The notes below the pieces were generated by a model. That model did not search any database, had not been told where the DNA came from, and saw only the letters and a program-made list of their open reading frames with translations. The position numbers and the translations under genes are program-made. DNA of 39,494 bases, taken from IMG/VR virus record IMGVR_UViG_3300033407_000057, positions 1 to 39,494 of that record; one strand, 5' to 3'. This DNA comes from a virus (lineage: Duplodnaviria > Caudoviricetes). Below are positions 23,148 to 32,342 of this stretch, in pieces (within the stretch, counting starts at the first letter, position 1; each line of letters begins with the position of its first letter).

Positions 23148-24812
23148 CTACTCGTTGGGAATGTGCATGCGCTCGGACCATCCGATGCGCGCTTCATACA
23201 GGACGGCTGCGGGGTTGGAGTTGGCCGAGCCGTCCGCCTCGATCCACACCTGGAGGTTCCGGCAGCGGAGCGGGAGGGGAAACCGGATCTCGACGGGGGA
23301 GCTGGCCGAGTCCAGGTTGAAGGTCTTGGTTGCGGTCGTGCCACCGAGCCCGGTGAGGGTGACGGTGATGTCTTGGTCCGCCCCCTGCATCACCAGCACG
23401 ACCTCCCGGACGTTGAACACCCTGTTGGTGGTCACGGCGTAGATGGGGTGGCTCTCCCACGACCACGAGAACGCCGGGGCCGACCAGTCGTAGCGGTGGA
23501 TCACCTCCTCGCCCTCGGTGGACTGGGCCTCGCACAGGTAGAGGGACTCCCGGATGGGGAGCTGGCTGCAATAGACCGTGTCGGCGTTGTCCGTCTCGTC
23601 GAGGCGCCACCAGCTCTGCGTGTCCTGGTGGAAGGCCCAGTTCTGGGGCCAGATGGAGTAGTCCATCCACCGCTGGGAGGTGCCGAAGAACGTGTTCTGG
23701 TTCGACGACGAGGGGCGGTCCATGAAGTCGGGATCGAGCTGGCGGCTCACGTTGACCGAGGTGTCTCCACCGTTCCACGCCCAGCAGCCGATGTCGGACC
23801 CGTAGTACAGGTAGCCCACGGTCGAATGACAGCCACGGATGCGGTTGCCCGTGGCAGGCTGGACGTTGGGCAGGTTGAACACCGTGGGGTTGTCCAGGTC
23901 CCCGTTGAGGGTCAGAGCCCCGTCCTGGGTGGACACCAGGAACAGCTCCCCTGCGCTCATCGACGCGGCATCGGCCACACCGCCGGGCGTCTCGGGGAAC
24001 CAGGCGTTCTCTGTGGGGTCCGTGACCGCGGTGTCGTTGGCTGCGGTCCAGGTGGCGTTGTGGAAGGCGCCGACGTTCTGGCCTGTCGCGGTGCGCTCGT
24101 AGAGGCGGTTCAGGAAGAACACCGCCCGGTTCTGGTGGCCGAGGGCGAACCAGATGTCACGGTCCGCGGCGGCGTTGTAGATCTCGACGGTGGTGACGCC
24201 CGACGTCAGATCACCGGGATCGGGGAACACCGCCGCGTAGTTGTCGGTGAAGTTCCGCTCACCCGTCCACGCTCCCACGATGCAGGGGACGCCGGGGGTA
24301 CCGACGTCGCCGTCGGGGGTGAACCGCTGGTAGAAGAAGGACGAGAACCCGGAGCTGAACGCTGCCGTGCCACCCGAGTGGGTCGCGCCCGTGAAGGTCG
24401 TGATCGTGTCGAACCCACCGGTGTCGAGGAACTCCTTGACCCGCCTCCACTCCCAGCGGCGCTCCAGGCTGCCGCCGCCCGTGTCGAAGATCCACTCGAT
24501 GCCTACGTGGAACTCGGCCAGATCCGAGCTGGGGGTGAAGGTGCCGGTGATGCGGTCCACCAGGAAGCCCGTGAGCCGATACAGGCTCCCCGAGCCGCCG
24601 TCGCTGGGCAGGGTGCCGATGTCGAAAGAGCGGATCTTGCGAGCCATGGGACCCAGCCCACCGCCGGGGAGGGGGCCGCAGCGGAAGGTGTTGGCCTCCG
24701 TCGCCGCGCCGAGGGGAGCGCGGGTCAGCCCGCCCCCCTGGAAGTTCGTCCGGTTCCAGATCCCAGGGGAGAAGTCCTCGATCGTGAGCCACTGGAGCCC
24801 TGGGCTGGTCAC
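23148..24812 (-). CDS. Probable tail nozzle/tubular protein B-like beta-propeller protein (554 aa)
   Basis: N-terminal IEDFSPGI, beta-rich body and C-terminal strand pattern typical of podoviral nozzle proteins. Confidence 0.65.
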   Translation of the reverse strand: MTSPGLQWLTIEDFSPGIWNRTNFQGGGLTRAPLGAATEANTFRCGPLPGGGLGPMARKIRSFDIGTLPSDGGSGSLYRLTGFLVDRITGTFTPSSDLAEFHVGIEWIFDTGGGSLERRWEWRRVKEFLDTGGFDTITTFTGATHSGGTAAFSSGFSSFFYQRFTPDGDVGTPGVPCIVGAWTGERNFTDNYAAVFPDPGDLTSGVTTVEIYNAAADRDIWFALGHQNRAVFFLNRLYERTATGQNVGAFHNATWTAANDTAVTDPTENAWFPETPGGVADAASMSAGELFLVSTQDGALTLNGDLDNPTVFNLPNVQPATGNRIRGCHSTVGYLYYGSDIGCWAWNGGDTSVNVSRQLDPDFMDRPSSSNQNTFFGTSQRWMDYSIWPQNWAFHQDTQSWWRLDETDNADTVYCSQLPIRESLYLCEAQSTEGEEVIHRYDWSAPAFSWSWESHPIYAVTTNRVFNVREVVLVMQGADQDITVTLTGLGGTTATKTFNLDSASSPVEIRFPLPLRCRNLQVWIEADGSANSNPAAVLYEARIGWSERMHIPNE

Positions 24813-25349
24813 TTACTTCTTCGTGTTTGTGTAGATGGCGTCGATGCGGGGGCCCAGGGGGTTGGGGTTGTCCCGCTTCGCCTCCAACAGCCACAGGATG
24901 CGGTCGGCCTTCTTCTCGACCTCGATGAGTCGTGCTTCTTGGGCGGGGGTCATGGGGATCTCCCAGGGGCTCGGGTCGTCCGCGTTGGACGCGTTGACGG
25001 ACAGGTGCATGTGTGTGCTGTGAGGGTTGGCGCCGGTGTAGGGGCGCCACGTCCAGGGGGCGGTGGTCGAGCTGACGATCTTGCGGTTCCAGATGATGTA
25101 GCTGATCCTGGGGTCACGGGAAGCCACCAGCGCCGCGGTGACGTCGCGGCAGTCGAAGGCGTGGGAGGGGTCGTGGGTGAGGTCCTGTGCGTGGACGACG
25201 CCCCAGGGATCGGGGTTGTGGTCAGATGAGGTCCGAGCGTGGTCGGCGTCGCCGACCCAGCCGTCGCTGGCGAGCGACCGATCCGTCCACCCGCTGTCGC
25301 ACTGGGCGACCAGGGTGTCGAGCGAACGTGCGCGCCGTGCCATCATCAA
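24813..25349 (-). CDS. Endolysin, Zn-peptidase (M15-like) catalytic domain
   Basis: SDGWVGDADH...SSDHNPD...VHAQDLT...YIIWNRKI...WRPYTGANPHSTHMHLSV is typical of actinophage lysin A peptidase domains. Confidence 0.85.
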   Translation of the reverse strand: MMMARRARSLDTLVAQCDSGWTDRSLASDGWVGDADHARTSSDHNPDPWGVVHAQDLTHDPSHAFDCRDVTAALVASRDPRISYIIWNRKIVSSTTAPWTWRPYTGANPHSTHMHLSVNASNADDPSPWEIPMTPAQEARLIEVEKKADRILWLLEAKRDNPNPLGPRIDAIYTNTKK

Positions 25350-25642
25350 TCCTCCAGGAGGTACTCGATGAACTCCCTCTCCGCTGTCAGCGCCGCCATC
25401 TCTCCTTGTAGCCGGAACACCTCCAGCGTGAGGGGCAGGGAGTCGTAGTCCGCCTCACGCTCGCGCTCCTTGATCGTGTTGCCCTCCGAGGTGACGAACC
25501 CCTTCACCCTCGCCTCCTTCTCCTGGGAGCGCACCATGGCGTTCTCCTCGTGGAGCGAGGCGAGCTGGGCCATCACCTCGGCATAGCGAGCCTGTCGCTT
25601 GTCCCGGTCCCAGTCGAGGTAGGCGCCGAAGTCACTCCGCAC
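25346..25642 (-). CDS. Hypothetical coiled-coil protein in the lysis cassette
   Basis: ORF overlaps both neighbours. Confidence 0.65.
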   Translation of the reverse strand: MRSDFGAYLDWDRDKRQARYAEVMAQLASLHEENAMVRSQEKEARVKGFVTSEGNTIKEREREADYDSLPLTLEVFRLQGEMAALTAEREFIEYLLED

Positions 25643-25793
25643 TGCGCACCGCCGAGGAGACGAAGGGCCAGGTGGCGACGGCCTGGATGATGCCGTTGAC
25701 GGCGCCGAAGTCGATGCCCGAGAGCTGGACGATCACGGCGATGGTCAGCCCGATGTAGATGAGGGGCTGTTCCCGAGGATGCAGACGGTCCAT
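25632..25793 (-). CDS. Putative holin (53 aa, MDRLHPREQPLIYIGLTIAVIVQLSGIDFGAVNGIIQAVATWPFVSSAVRSAE); not in the ORF track
   Basis: Translated by hand; two hydrophobic segments; leaderless TAGGAT promoter; upstream of the endolysin. Confidence 0.6.
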   Translation of the reverse strand: MDRLHPREQPLIYIGLTIAVIVQLSGIDFGAVNGIIQAVATWPFVSSAVRSAE

Positions 25794-25834
25794 CCCACCA
25801 TCCTACGACCGCGCGGAAAGCGCGGGGGCGGACC

Positions 25835-26104
25835 CTACAGGCGGCCGAGGACGGCCCCTATGTAGCCCGAGCCCAGCCCCACGAGCGTCATGGCTCCGGT
25901 CATCTTCCACTGCCAGCGCTCGACCTCGCGAAGCCGCTCCTCCAGAGCGTCGGATTCCCTCTGCCGCGTGATCTCACTCGCCGCTAGGCGGGCCTCCATC
26001 TTGTCGAAGCGGTGGTGGAGTGCGTGGAGCGAGGCAGTGGAGTGGGCGAGCTGCTGGATGAGGTTGACCATCTGCTCGTCGGTGAGATCCATCGTTCCAA
26101 TCAT
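25835..26104 (-). CDS. Coiled-coil protein with C-terminal TM helix (lysis/holin-associated type)
   Basis: LEERLREVERWQWKMTGAMTLVGLGSGYIGAVL. Confidence 0.7.
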   Translation of the reverse strand: MIGTMDLTDEQMVNLIQQLAHSTASLHALHHRFDKMEARLAASEITRQRESDALEERLREVERWQWKMTGAMTLVGLGSGYIGAVLGRL

Positions 26105-26105
26105 C

Positions 26106-27215
26106 TCAGTCGAACAACATCACGGGTCGGATGGTGACCGAGGGTGATTCCGATTCCGAGATCGAGTCCGAGAAGCTGAGGGTGATGTGTTTGGCGATCG
26201 CGTCGACAGCGGTCGCCGTGTCGTCGAGGGTGCGGAAGTATTCGACGGTCCGGTCGAAGGTGTCGACGGCTGTCACATTGTCGGACAATCCTTTGCCGAC
26301 CGTCTTACCGGTGATGGCGTCTGTGGCTGTCACCTGGTCGGAGAGGAACTTGCCGATACTGGCGAACGACGCATCCGCAGCGGTCACCTGGTCGTCGAAC
26401 TGGCGGTTGTAGCCGACGGTGGTGGCGATCAGGTCGGTGACCGTGGCTTCGTCGGTGAACTCTCGGTTGTAGGAGACGGTCAGAGTCGCCTGGTCGGACA
26501 CGACCACGGTGTCTGTCACGGCAGGGTCGTCCCACGTGAGGATCGCTTTGCCGTCCGCTCCAGCGGCGCCTGTGCTGCCGGGAGAGAGCGGGGCGCCGCC
26601 GCCGCCGCCTCCGCCAGGTGGGTTGCCGGGTGTGGCAGCGGTACCGGAGGTTGCACCCACACCGCCAGCCCCGCCACCAGCGTTGCCGCCTGTGCCGGCG
26701 GTCCTGTTGGATGCTCCGCCGCCGCCGTTGGCTTGGTCACCTGCCGCCCCGCCACCACCACCGCCGTTGGCTTGGGCTGCGGCGCCACCACCGCCGTTGC
26801 CGCCCCCGAACGTGACGTCGCCTGTCGACTGGTTCGCACCGTTGATGGGGCCAGGTCCACCGCCGTCGCCCTGCCCGCCGAGAGCTGAGCCTCGCAGCCC
26901 GCCTGTACCACGTCGGGCCAACACGACGTTGGTGTCAAACGTCGAGTCCGTGCCAGGGAGGCCGTTGCCGGGAGCGCCAGGGTTGGCACCTCCCGCTCCG
27001 ACTACCACATCATGCGCTGTTTCGGGGGTGATCGAGATAACCGACCGGGCGTAGGCCCCGCCACCGCCACCGCCTGATCCGTTGACGTCAGGGCCGCTCG
27101 ATCGGCCGCCCGAGCCGCCGCCGCCCCACAACTCGACCGTTACCTCGTCAACATCGACACCCGCATTCCACGTAAACGAACCGGCGTCGTTGATGACCCA
27201 ACGAACCTGACCCAT
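26106..27215 (-). CDS. Glycine-rich tail/fibre protein
   Basis: VTVELWGGGGSGG...GGGGGAYARS...VVVGAGG glycine-rich domain plus C-terminal DxVTAxD repeats. Confidence 0.8.
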   Translation of the reverse strand: MGQVRWVINDAGSFTWNAGVDVDEVTVELWGGGGSGGRSSGPDVNGSGGGGGGAYARSVISITPETAHDVVVGAGGANPGAPGNGLPGTDSTFDTNVVLARRGTGGLRGSALGGQGDGGGPGPINGANQSTGDVTFGGGNGGGGAAAQANGGGGGGAAGDQANGGGGASNRTAGTGGNAGGGAGGVGATSGTAATPGNPPGGGGGGGAPLSPGSTGAAGADGKAILTWDDPAVTDTVVVSDQATLTVSYNREFTDEATVTDLIATTVGYNRQFDDQVTAADASFASIGKFLSDQVTATDAITGKTVGKGLSDNVTAVDTFDRTVEYFRTLDDTATAVDAIAKHITLSFSDSISESESPSVTIRPVMLFD

Positions 27216-27217
27216 CG

Positions 27218-27382
27218 TCAGACCTCATAGGTCAGAGACACATCGGCATCCAGGCGCAACGCGTCGGCATCCATGACGACACGCTCCACCTTCGGATGCT
27301 CGTCGACCATCGACCGTTGATGGTCGAACTCCCTGCGGGTTTCGCACTCGATCTGCCACGTACACACCGCCACGACAGTCAC
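27218..27382 (-). CDS. Small protein, paralogue B (54 aa, MTVVAVCTWQIECETRREFDHQRSMVDEHPKVERVVMDADALRLDADVSLTYEV); not in the ORF track
   Basis: Translated by hand; GTGA overlap; clear similarity to the adjacent ORF. Confidence 0.7.
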   Translation of the reverse strand: MTVVAVCTWQIECETRREFDHQRSMVDEHPKVERVVMDADALRLDADVSLTYEV

Positions 27383-27552
27383 GACCCCAACACCTCATAC
27401 GTCAACAGCAGTTGAGCGTGGATCAGCCACGTCGCAGGGAACGGGGTCACCTCGGTCACCTTCGGATGTTCGGTGACGGCGATCATCTGTTCGTCGTACT
27501 CCTCCTGCGACGAACACTGAATCTGCCACTCGCCTACCGCAGTGACGGTCAC
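27379..27552 (-). CDS. Small protein, paralogue A (57 aa, MTVTAVGEWQIQCSSQEEYDEQMIAVTEHPKVTEVTPFPATWLIHAQLLLTYEVLGS); not in the ORF track
   Basis: Translated by hand; GTGA overlaps at both ends. Confidence 0.7.
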   Translation of the reverse strand: MTVTAVGEWQIQCSSQEEYDEQMIAVTEHPKVTEVTPFPATWLIHAQLLLTYEVLGS

Positions 27553-27734
27553 GGCACGATCGCCACTTCCACCTGGTTCAGTGTCACCTTGTCACCAACC
27601 CGCACCGCCAGCGGGTCTTTCAGGTGGACGGTGATCTCGATGATTCGGCCTTCGGAATCGGTGCGCAGAGTCACCGTCCCGCCTTGGCTTGGGATGCACG
27701 AACTGGCAGGCAACCTCTCCAACATGTCAGACAT
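27549..27734 (-). CDS. Hypothetical small protein
   Basis: AAAGGGG RBS; coupled to the next ORF. Confidence 0.6.
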   Translation of the reverse strand: MSDMLERLPASSCIPSQGGTVTLRTDSEGRIIEITVHLKDPLAVRVGDKVTLNQVEVAIVP

Positions 27735-27747
27735 TCTCAGCCCCTTT

Positions 27748-28266
27748 CTAGGTGATTTCCAACGACCACTCGACGCTGAGTACGTCGTTCGCTCCTTTGT
27801 TGATGACCGAAAACGACGCCGAAACGGTCATGTCGCCTGACGCTGCGGCGTTGAACACGCCGGCTTCGGTGATCGCACCGGTCGCATCACCGGCCGCCCA
27901 GTCACCCTCGAACGTGACGGTCGCCGACGACCGGGTTTTGTCGGTGAGCGCGTTGCGGTCGAGTTCTGTGCCGAGGGCTGTAGCGCCAGGTGAACCTGTC
28001 CCGACTGCCATGTGGGACGGCACCGCAATGGACGGGGAGTCCAATAGCTGGTCGGCGATCTGGTTGAGCCCAGCGGCGGTGACCGTGTTCCAGTAGTGGC
28101 GTTCCGTCTTGATCTGCCCGTCAGGGCCTCGCAGCGTGGCGTGGAAGTGCCAGCGGTGGACTGGGCGGCGTAGCGCTCGGGCGGCCAGGAGACGCAGCCA
28201 GGCGAGCGAGGGTCGCCGGTTGGCGACGACACCGTCGTAGGCCACTCGGGTGTGGGTGTCAGTCAT
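27748..28266 (-). CDS. Tail-fibre-associated structural protein
   Basis: NTVTAAGLNQIA...HMAVGTG...TALGTELDR...GAITEAGVFNAAASGDM...INKGANDVLSVEW pattern. Confidence 0.8.
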   Translation of the reverse strand: MTDTHTRVAYDGVVANRRPSLAWLRLLAARALRRPVHRWHFHATLRGPDGQIKTERHYWNTVTAAGLNQIADQLLDSPSIAVPSHMAVGTGSPGATALGTELDRNALTDKTRSSATVTFEGDWAAGDATGAITEAGVFNAAASGDMTVSASFSVINKGANDVLSVEWSLEIT

Positions 28267-28465
28267 CGGGGGTCACGTCTCCTCGGGTAGCGGCACGTGC
28301 GCCGGTGTCGGGGTCGAGCTGGATGCGTTCGGTGGGCTCCCACAGGCGGCCACGCTTGAACATCGGGCGCAGCACCCGGAACCAGGCGGCGGGGCGGGTC
28401 ACGGTCCGGCGGATCTTGTCGACCGAACCGCCTCGGTCGGAGATGACAAGCTGGTGATGCGCCAT
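28259..28465 (-). CDS. Hypothetical protein (68 aa, MAHHQLVISD...)
   Basis: ATG 28465 directly after the stop of 28467..28916. Confidence 0.5.
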   Translation of the reverse strand: MAHHQLVISDRGGSVDKIRRTVTRPAAWFRVLRPMFKRGRLWEPTERIQLDPDTGARAATRGDVTPDD

Positions 28466-28466
28466 A

Positions 28467-28916
28467 TCAGACGGCCTCGATCGTGTAGTGGGCGGTGAAC
28501 CCGATCTGGCCCGCGGCATCGGTGACCACGTCGAGTCCTTCGTTGGGGGGCAGCTCCAGGAGGTAGGAGCGGGGGCTGGTGCCGATCGCGTAGCCCACCT
28601 CCACGTCGGCCCCACCGGTCCCCTCGAAGGTGATGAGGGGGAACCCCGTCGCGTCGGGCTTGGGGACGGCGGTGAGGTGGTGGAGCCGGATCTTGTTGCC
28701 CGCACCGGGGGCGGCGATGAGGTTCGTGGTGCCCGCTGTCGAGCGAGAGCCCGTGGCGGCGGTGACGGTCTGGAGCGCCAGGGTCACCGAGGAATCCGAC
28801 GCCAGGATGATCCGGCCGTCCTCGTCCACTGCCAGGACGCGGATCTCCCCGCCCGTCGTGGTACCTCCGGCGACGTTGCGCTTGTTCGCGTCCAGGACGA
28901 GCACCTCATCCGCCAT
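28467..28916 (-). CDS. Virion structural beta-sandwich protein
   Basis: AGGAGG RBS; LIAAPGAGNKIRL motif common in phage decoration-type proteins. Confidence 0.7.
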   Translation of the reverse strand: MADEVLVLDANKRNVAGGTTTGGEIRVLAVDEDGRIILASDSSVTLALQTVTAATGSRSTAGTTNLIAAPGAGNKIRLHHLTAVPKPDATGFPLITFEGTGGADVEVGYAIGTSPRSYLLELPPNEGLDVVTDAAGQIGFTAHYTIEAV

Positions 28917-29235
28917 CGACGGCCTCCTGGCTGATCGTGGGGATGGAGGTGCGCTCTACGAGCCTCATGCGGGGCTCGTAGAGCTCGCACCAGTAGTTGG
29001 GGTCGATCTGTCCACGGACGGCCTTGCACTTGCCGCTGACCAGGAAGTTGGTGCAGACCTCGCAGCGGGCCGTGCCCTCGGCGGGGCGGTAGGACACGGC
29101 GTCCTGATCCTTCTTGTGGTCGTTGAGCATCACGGGGCCCAACTGCGCCGTGAGGGCTTCGGTGACCCCGGCTACGAGAGCCTCAGTCTGTGTGGAGAGG
29201 ACCTTGGTGAGCTGTCGAGCGAGGTCGTCGGCCAT
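28906..29235 (-). CDS. Protein with HiPIP-like 4-Cys motif
   Basis: AVSYRP...CEVCTNF...CKAVRGQIDPNYWCELY (C-x2-C-x8-C-x12-C). Confidence 0.7.
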   Translation of the reverse strand: MADDLARQLTKVLSTQTEALVAGVTEALTAQLGPVMLNDHKKDQDAVSYRPAEGTARCEVCTNFLVSGKCKAVRGQIDPNYWCELYEPRMRLVERTSIPTISQEAVDGG

Positions 29236-29241
29236 AGCCCA

Positions 29242-29721
29242 TTACGCGCCCACGGGAACCTTCGTCGGCCCGTCCTCGGGAGGCTCCTGGCCTGCTGTCT
29301 CCTTGCGGGCCGTCCGGTCCCGCTTCTTGCGGAGGGTGGCGATCTCGGACTCCATGGCGGCGATGCGCTCCTCCAGCGTCTCGGCGTCCGCGGTGGTGGT
29401 GGGCGCATGGGTGGTCCGGGCATCGTCGAGGTCGTCGGCCATCATCACGATGGGCGTGTCGTCGAGGTCGATCACCCGCAGCGACGGTGGGCCGGTGACC
29501 GACCAGCGACGTTCGAGCCGCTTCTTCTCGTTCCGCCGGTCCCACTTGCGCTTGGTGTGGTCGTCTCGCTTGGAGTTGTCCCCCAGCCAGGCCACTGCGC
29601 CGCCCCAGGGGACGACGGCGGTCTGGCCGGGGTCGACGATGTAGCGGTCGCCGAGGTAGTGGCCGACGAAGGCCACCGCCCCGTCGTTGGCGATCCGAAC
29701 GGAGGATCGGGGTGACTTCAT
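29242..29721 (-). CDS. Hypothetical protein downstream of the capsid genes
   Basis: TGATG overlap; in the operon. Confidence 0.7.
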   Translation of the reverse strand: MKSPRSSVRIANDGAVAFVGHYLGDRYIVDPGQTAVVPWGGAVAWLGDNSKRDDHTKRKWDRRNEKKRLERRWSVTGPPSLRVIDLDDTPIVMMADDLDDARTTHAPTTTADAETLEERIAAMESEIATLRKKRDRTARKETAGQEPPEDGPTKVPVGA

Positions 29722-30179
29722 CAGACTCGATCCACCCAGACGTATGCCTGCGTGGCGGCGGGGACCTCGTCGGCGGAGAGGAAGTAGCCGAAGACGTCGC
29801 CCACGACCGTGGTGCCGTCGGCTGTGACTCCATCGGCCTCACCGGCGGTGCTCGACGCGGTGGCCAGCTCCTCGAAGGCGACGGTGCCGGTGCCGACGTT
29901 GACGATGGCGAGGCCGTGGGTCACGACCTCGACGATCTCGCCGGTGGCGGCGCCGTTGACGGCGACGCCTGCGACGTTGGCCGGGTCGTCGGTGCCGGTG
30001 TCTGAGGGGTGGACCAGGGCGGTGTCGGTGGACGCGGTCAGCTCCTCCAGCGACACCACGTCGCCTGCGGTGACGGTGGCTCCGGCCTCGAAGTACGACA
30101 CCGTCTGAGCGAGGGAGGCGTTCTCCGAGGGGTCGTAGCCGAACGCCCCCTGTGGGTTGGTGATCTGCTTGGTAGGCAT
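29721..30179 (-). CDS. Capsid decoration/cement protein
   Basis: AGATVTAGDVV...AGVAVNGAATGEIVEVVTHG beta-clip-like pattern; directly after the major capsid gene. Confidence 0.75.
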   Translation of the reverse strand: MPTKQITNPQGAFGYDPSENASLAQTVSYFEAGATVTAGDVVSLEELTASTDTALVHPSDTGTDDPANVAGVAVNGAATGEIVEVVTHGLAIVNVGTGTVAFEELATASSTAGEADGVTADGTTVVGDVFGYFLSADEVPAATQAYVWVDRV

Positions 30180-30192
30180 GGGTGGTTCCTCT

Positions 30193-31164
30193 CTAGGCCG
30201 AGTCTTCGACGCGGGCCTGGCGGGAGCAGTTGGTGACGATCAGGTTCCCCGCCCACAGCAGCTTCGCCACCATGGCGTCCTGGTTGATCGCGCTCTGGAA
30301 GTCCTCGACGTAGAAGTCGGCCCGCGGGCTGGCTGCGAAGTAGAGGTAGTCCTCGTTGAGCATGTAGATGTCAGGCTCGTTGTTGGTCGTGGGGACGTGG
30401 GAGTCCACGACCCAGGGCACGCCGTTCAACAGCAGGTTCGAGAACCCGGCCTGGGCGAGCTGCTCGTCGTGGCCGGAGGGCTGGGAGGGGTAGCGCTGTT
30501 GGGACTCGTTGAGATCCCAGTAGCGGTCGTACTGGGTCTGGTCCGAGACGACGATCGTCGGGTGACGACCGCCCTCGGACGCCCCACCGAACGCCGTGTT
30601 CAGCGCAGTCAGGTCCATCGCCGCTCCGGCGCGGTCCGTCACGGTGCCGTTCCACCAGGAGTTGGAGGAGCGGTCGATGCCCGCGTAGGTCGACGATGCA
30701 GCCTGGGTGGTGTCGTCGGTGGCGAACACGATCCCGTCGATGTCGTTGGAGTTGGTGCCGTCGGTGTAGAGCGATGTGCCCAACACGTCGGCCAGCTCCA
30801 TCTCGGCCTGGGCGAAGTAGAGCCGGATGAAGTCGGCGATCGCCTCGGGCGAGTCCGTCTTGATGAGCGTGAGCCCGTCGACGGTGACCGGGACGTACGC
30901 CTGCTTCCAGTCCCACGCACCGTTCTGCGTGGTGTCCGACGGCGTGGTGTCCAGCAGATCGAACCCCTGGTACATGCCACCGGCAGCGAACTGCTGGTAC
31001 ATGAGGGGGACCTCGATCTGGTAGCCGCCTCGGATGATCTTCTTGTTCGCCCTGCTCATGCGAAAGAACAGGACGTTGGAGTTGTAGATGTTGTCGGTGA
31101 CTTCGGGGATGATGTAGCGCCGCGCGATCGCGGTGACCACGTCGGTCCCGACTGGGGTTGCCAT
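30193..31164 (-). CDS. Major capsid protein (323 aa)
   Basis: Position after the scaffold; GGAGG RBS; DNIYNSNVLF...GGYQIEVPLMY...WKQAYVPV...TYAGIDR...GNLIVTN pattern of HK97-fold capsids. Confidence 0.88.
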   Translation of the reverse strand: MATPVGTDVVTAIARRYIIPEVTDNIYNSNVLFFRMSRANKKIIRGGYQIEVPLMYQQFAAGGMYQGFDLLDTTPSDTTQNGAWDWKQAYVPVTVDGLTLIKTDSPEAIADFIRLYFAQAEMELADVLGTSLYTDGTNSNDIDGIVFATDDTTQAASSTYAGIDRSSNSWWNGTVTDRAGAAMDLTALNTAFGGASEGGRHPTIVVSDQTQYDRYWDLNESQQRYPSQPSGHDEQLAQAGFSNLLLNGVPWVVDSHVPTTNNEPDIYMLNEDYLYFAASPRADFYVEDFQSAINQDAMVAKLLWAGNLIVTNCSRQARVEDSA

Positions 31165-31194
31165 CAGATGTTCCTCCGTTGGTGGGGGGTTGGA

Positions 31195-32004
31195 TCAGCC
31201 ACCGAGGCTCCCTTCCTCCATGGCGGCCCGGAGGTCGGCCACCATCGCGGCGCGGGAGTCCCCGTCGGTGTCGGGGTTGGTCCTCGGGATCGAACCCGAT
31301 GAGCCATTCAGGGCGGATGCCTTGCGGCGGCGCTTGGCGTCCTCGTCCGCCGCTTGGACGCGGCGGTCGATCTCGCGCTGGCGAAGCTCGGGGGTTGCCC
31401 AGTAGGCAGTCTCGAAGGCTTCGGCAGCGGCGGCGATGGAGTCCTGGGAGTTCTCCGCCAGGCCCGGCAGGATCTGGAGCCGGGCCGTGGTCTGGAGGAC
31501 CTTCTCCAGGGTGTCGTCGTCGAGGTCATACTTGGTCTGGAACTGCTCGGTGGCCTGGGTGATGACGGCCTGAGCGGTCTTCATCTGGCTGGCCTGCTGG
31601 GACGTGGAGAGCCCTCTGACCTCCTCCTCCAGCGCGTCGATGCGCTTGAGGCGCTCCGCGACGGCGGGGTCGAGGTCGTCGTAGTCGATCTCGGGCTCGG
31701 GCTCGGGGTCGGGCTCCTTCTGGCGGGGGACCAGCTCGGACTCACCGGCGAAGTAGGAGTCCATGGCCCGGACCGTCTCGGGGTTGTCCGAGGCCCAGCG
31801 GTAGAACTCCGCCAGGCCCGCAGCCTGGTTCTCGTCGAGTTCGAGATCGCCGGGCAGGGAGTAGGTGACGGGCTCTTGCTCAGGAGGAGCCTGCTCCTCC
31901 GTGGGGTCGCCCCCAGCAGACTCCTCCTGCGCCTCTGAGGTGGGAGGCTCGGCCTCTTGCTCCTCGAACTGCGGTTCCAGATTGCGGAGGTCATCGGGGT
32001 TCAT
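31195..32004 (-). CDS. Capsid scaffolding protein
   Basis: Acidic disordered N-terminus plus coiled coil; immediately upstream of the major capsid gene. Confidence 0.75.
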   Translation of the reverse strand: MNPDDLRNLEPQFEEQEAEPPTSEAQEESAGGDPTEEQAPPEQEPVTYSLPGDLELDENQAAGLAEFYRWASDNPETVRAMDSYFAGESELVPRQKEPDPEPEPEIDYDDLDPAVAERLKRIDALEEEVRGLSTSQQASQMKTAQAVITQATEQFQTKYDLDDDTLEKVLQTTARLQILPGLAENSQDSIAAAAEAFETAYWATPELRQREIDRRVQAADEDAKRRRKASALNGSSGSIPRTNPDTDGDSRAAMVADLRAAMEEGSLGG

Positions 32005-32339
32005 CGTGCCCCTCCCAAGAGACGACGGAGTTCATCTACCGGTGGCATGGCGGCTTCTTGACGCAGGCCCGGCACACCGGGGCCCTGTGCTTCGGGGGGT
32101 GGCCCCAGGGGAGCCATCATCGGCCCGCCCTCGTTCATCTGTGGGCCTGCGCCCGAGAGGCCCTGCTCCGCCATGAGCTGGTCCACGGGAGCGCGCAGCT
32201 CGTTGACGATCATCATCTCGACGCCCCCGATGAACTCCAGGTTCGCATCGGGATACGTCTTGAGGAGAGCGAGGTCCTGGAGGATGCTCTTGAGCACCTC
32301 CGCGCTCGTGTTGGTGGTACGAGTGCCACGCGATCCCAT
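32001..32339 (-). CDS. Hypothetical protein
   Basis: In the operon; ATGA overlap. Confidence 0.7.
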   Translation of the reverse strand: MGSRGTRTTNTSAEVLKSILQDLALLKTYPDANLEFIGGVEMMIVNELRAPVDQLMAEQGLSGAGPQMNEGGPMMAPLGPPPEAQGPGVPGLRQEAAMPPVDELRRLLGGAR

Positions 32340-32342
32340 GAC

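Noticed and set aside
25346-25642. Paralogy with 10787..11116 (shared G-x-x-x-K-E-x-x-AD-like patch)
   Set aside because: Similarity is limited to a short patch in coiled-coil proteins and cannot be distinguished from compositional resemblance by eye.
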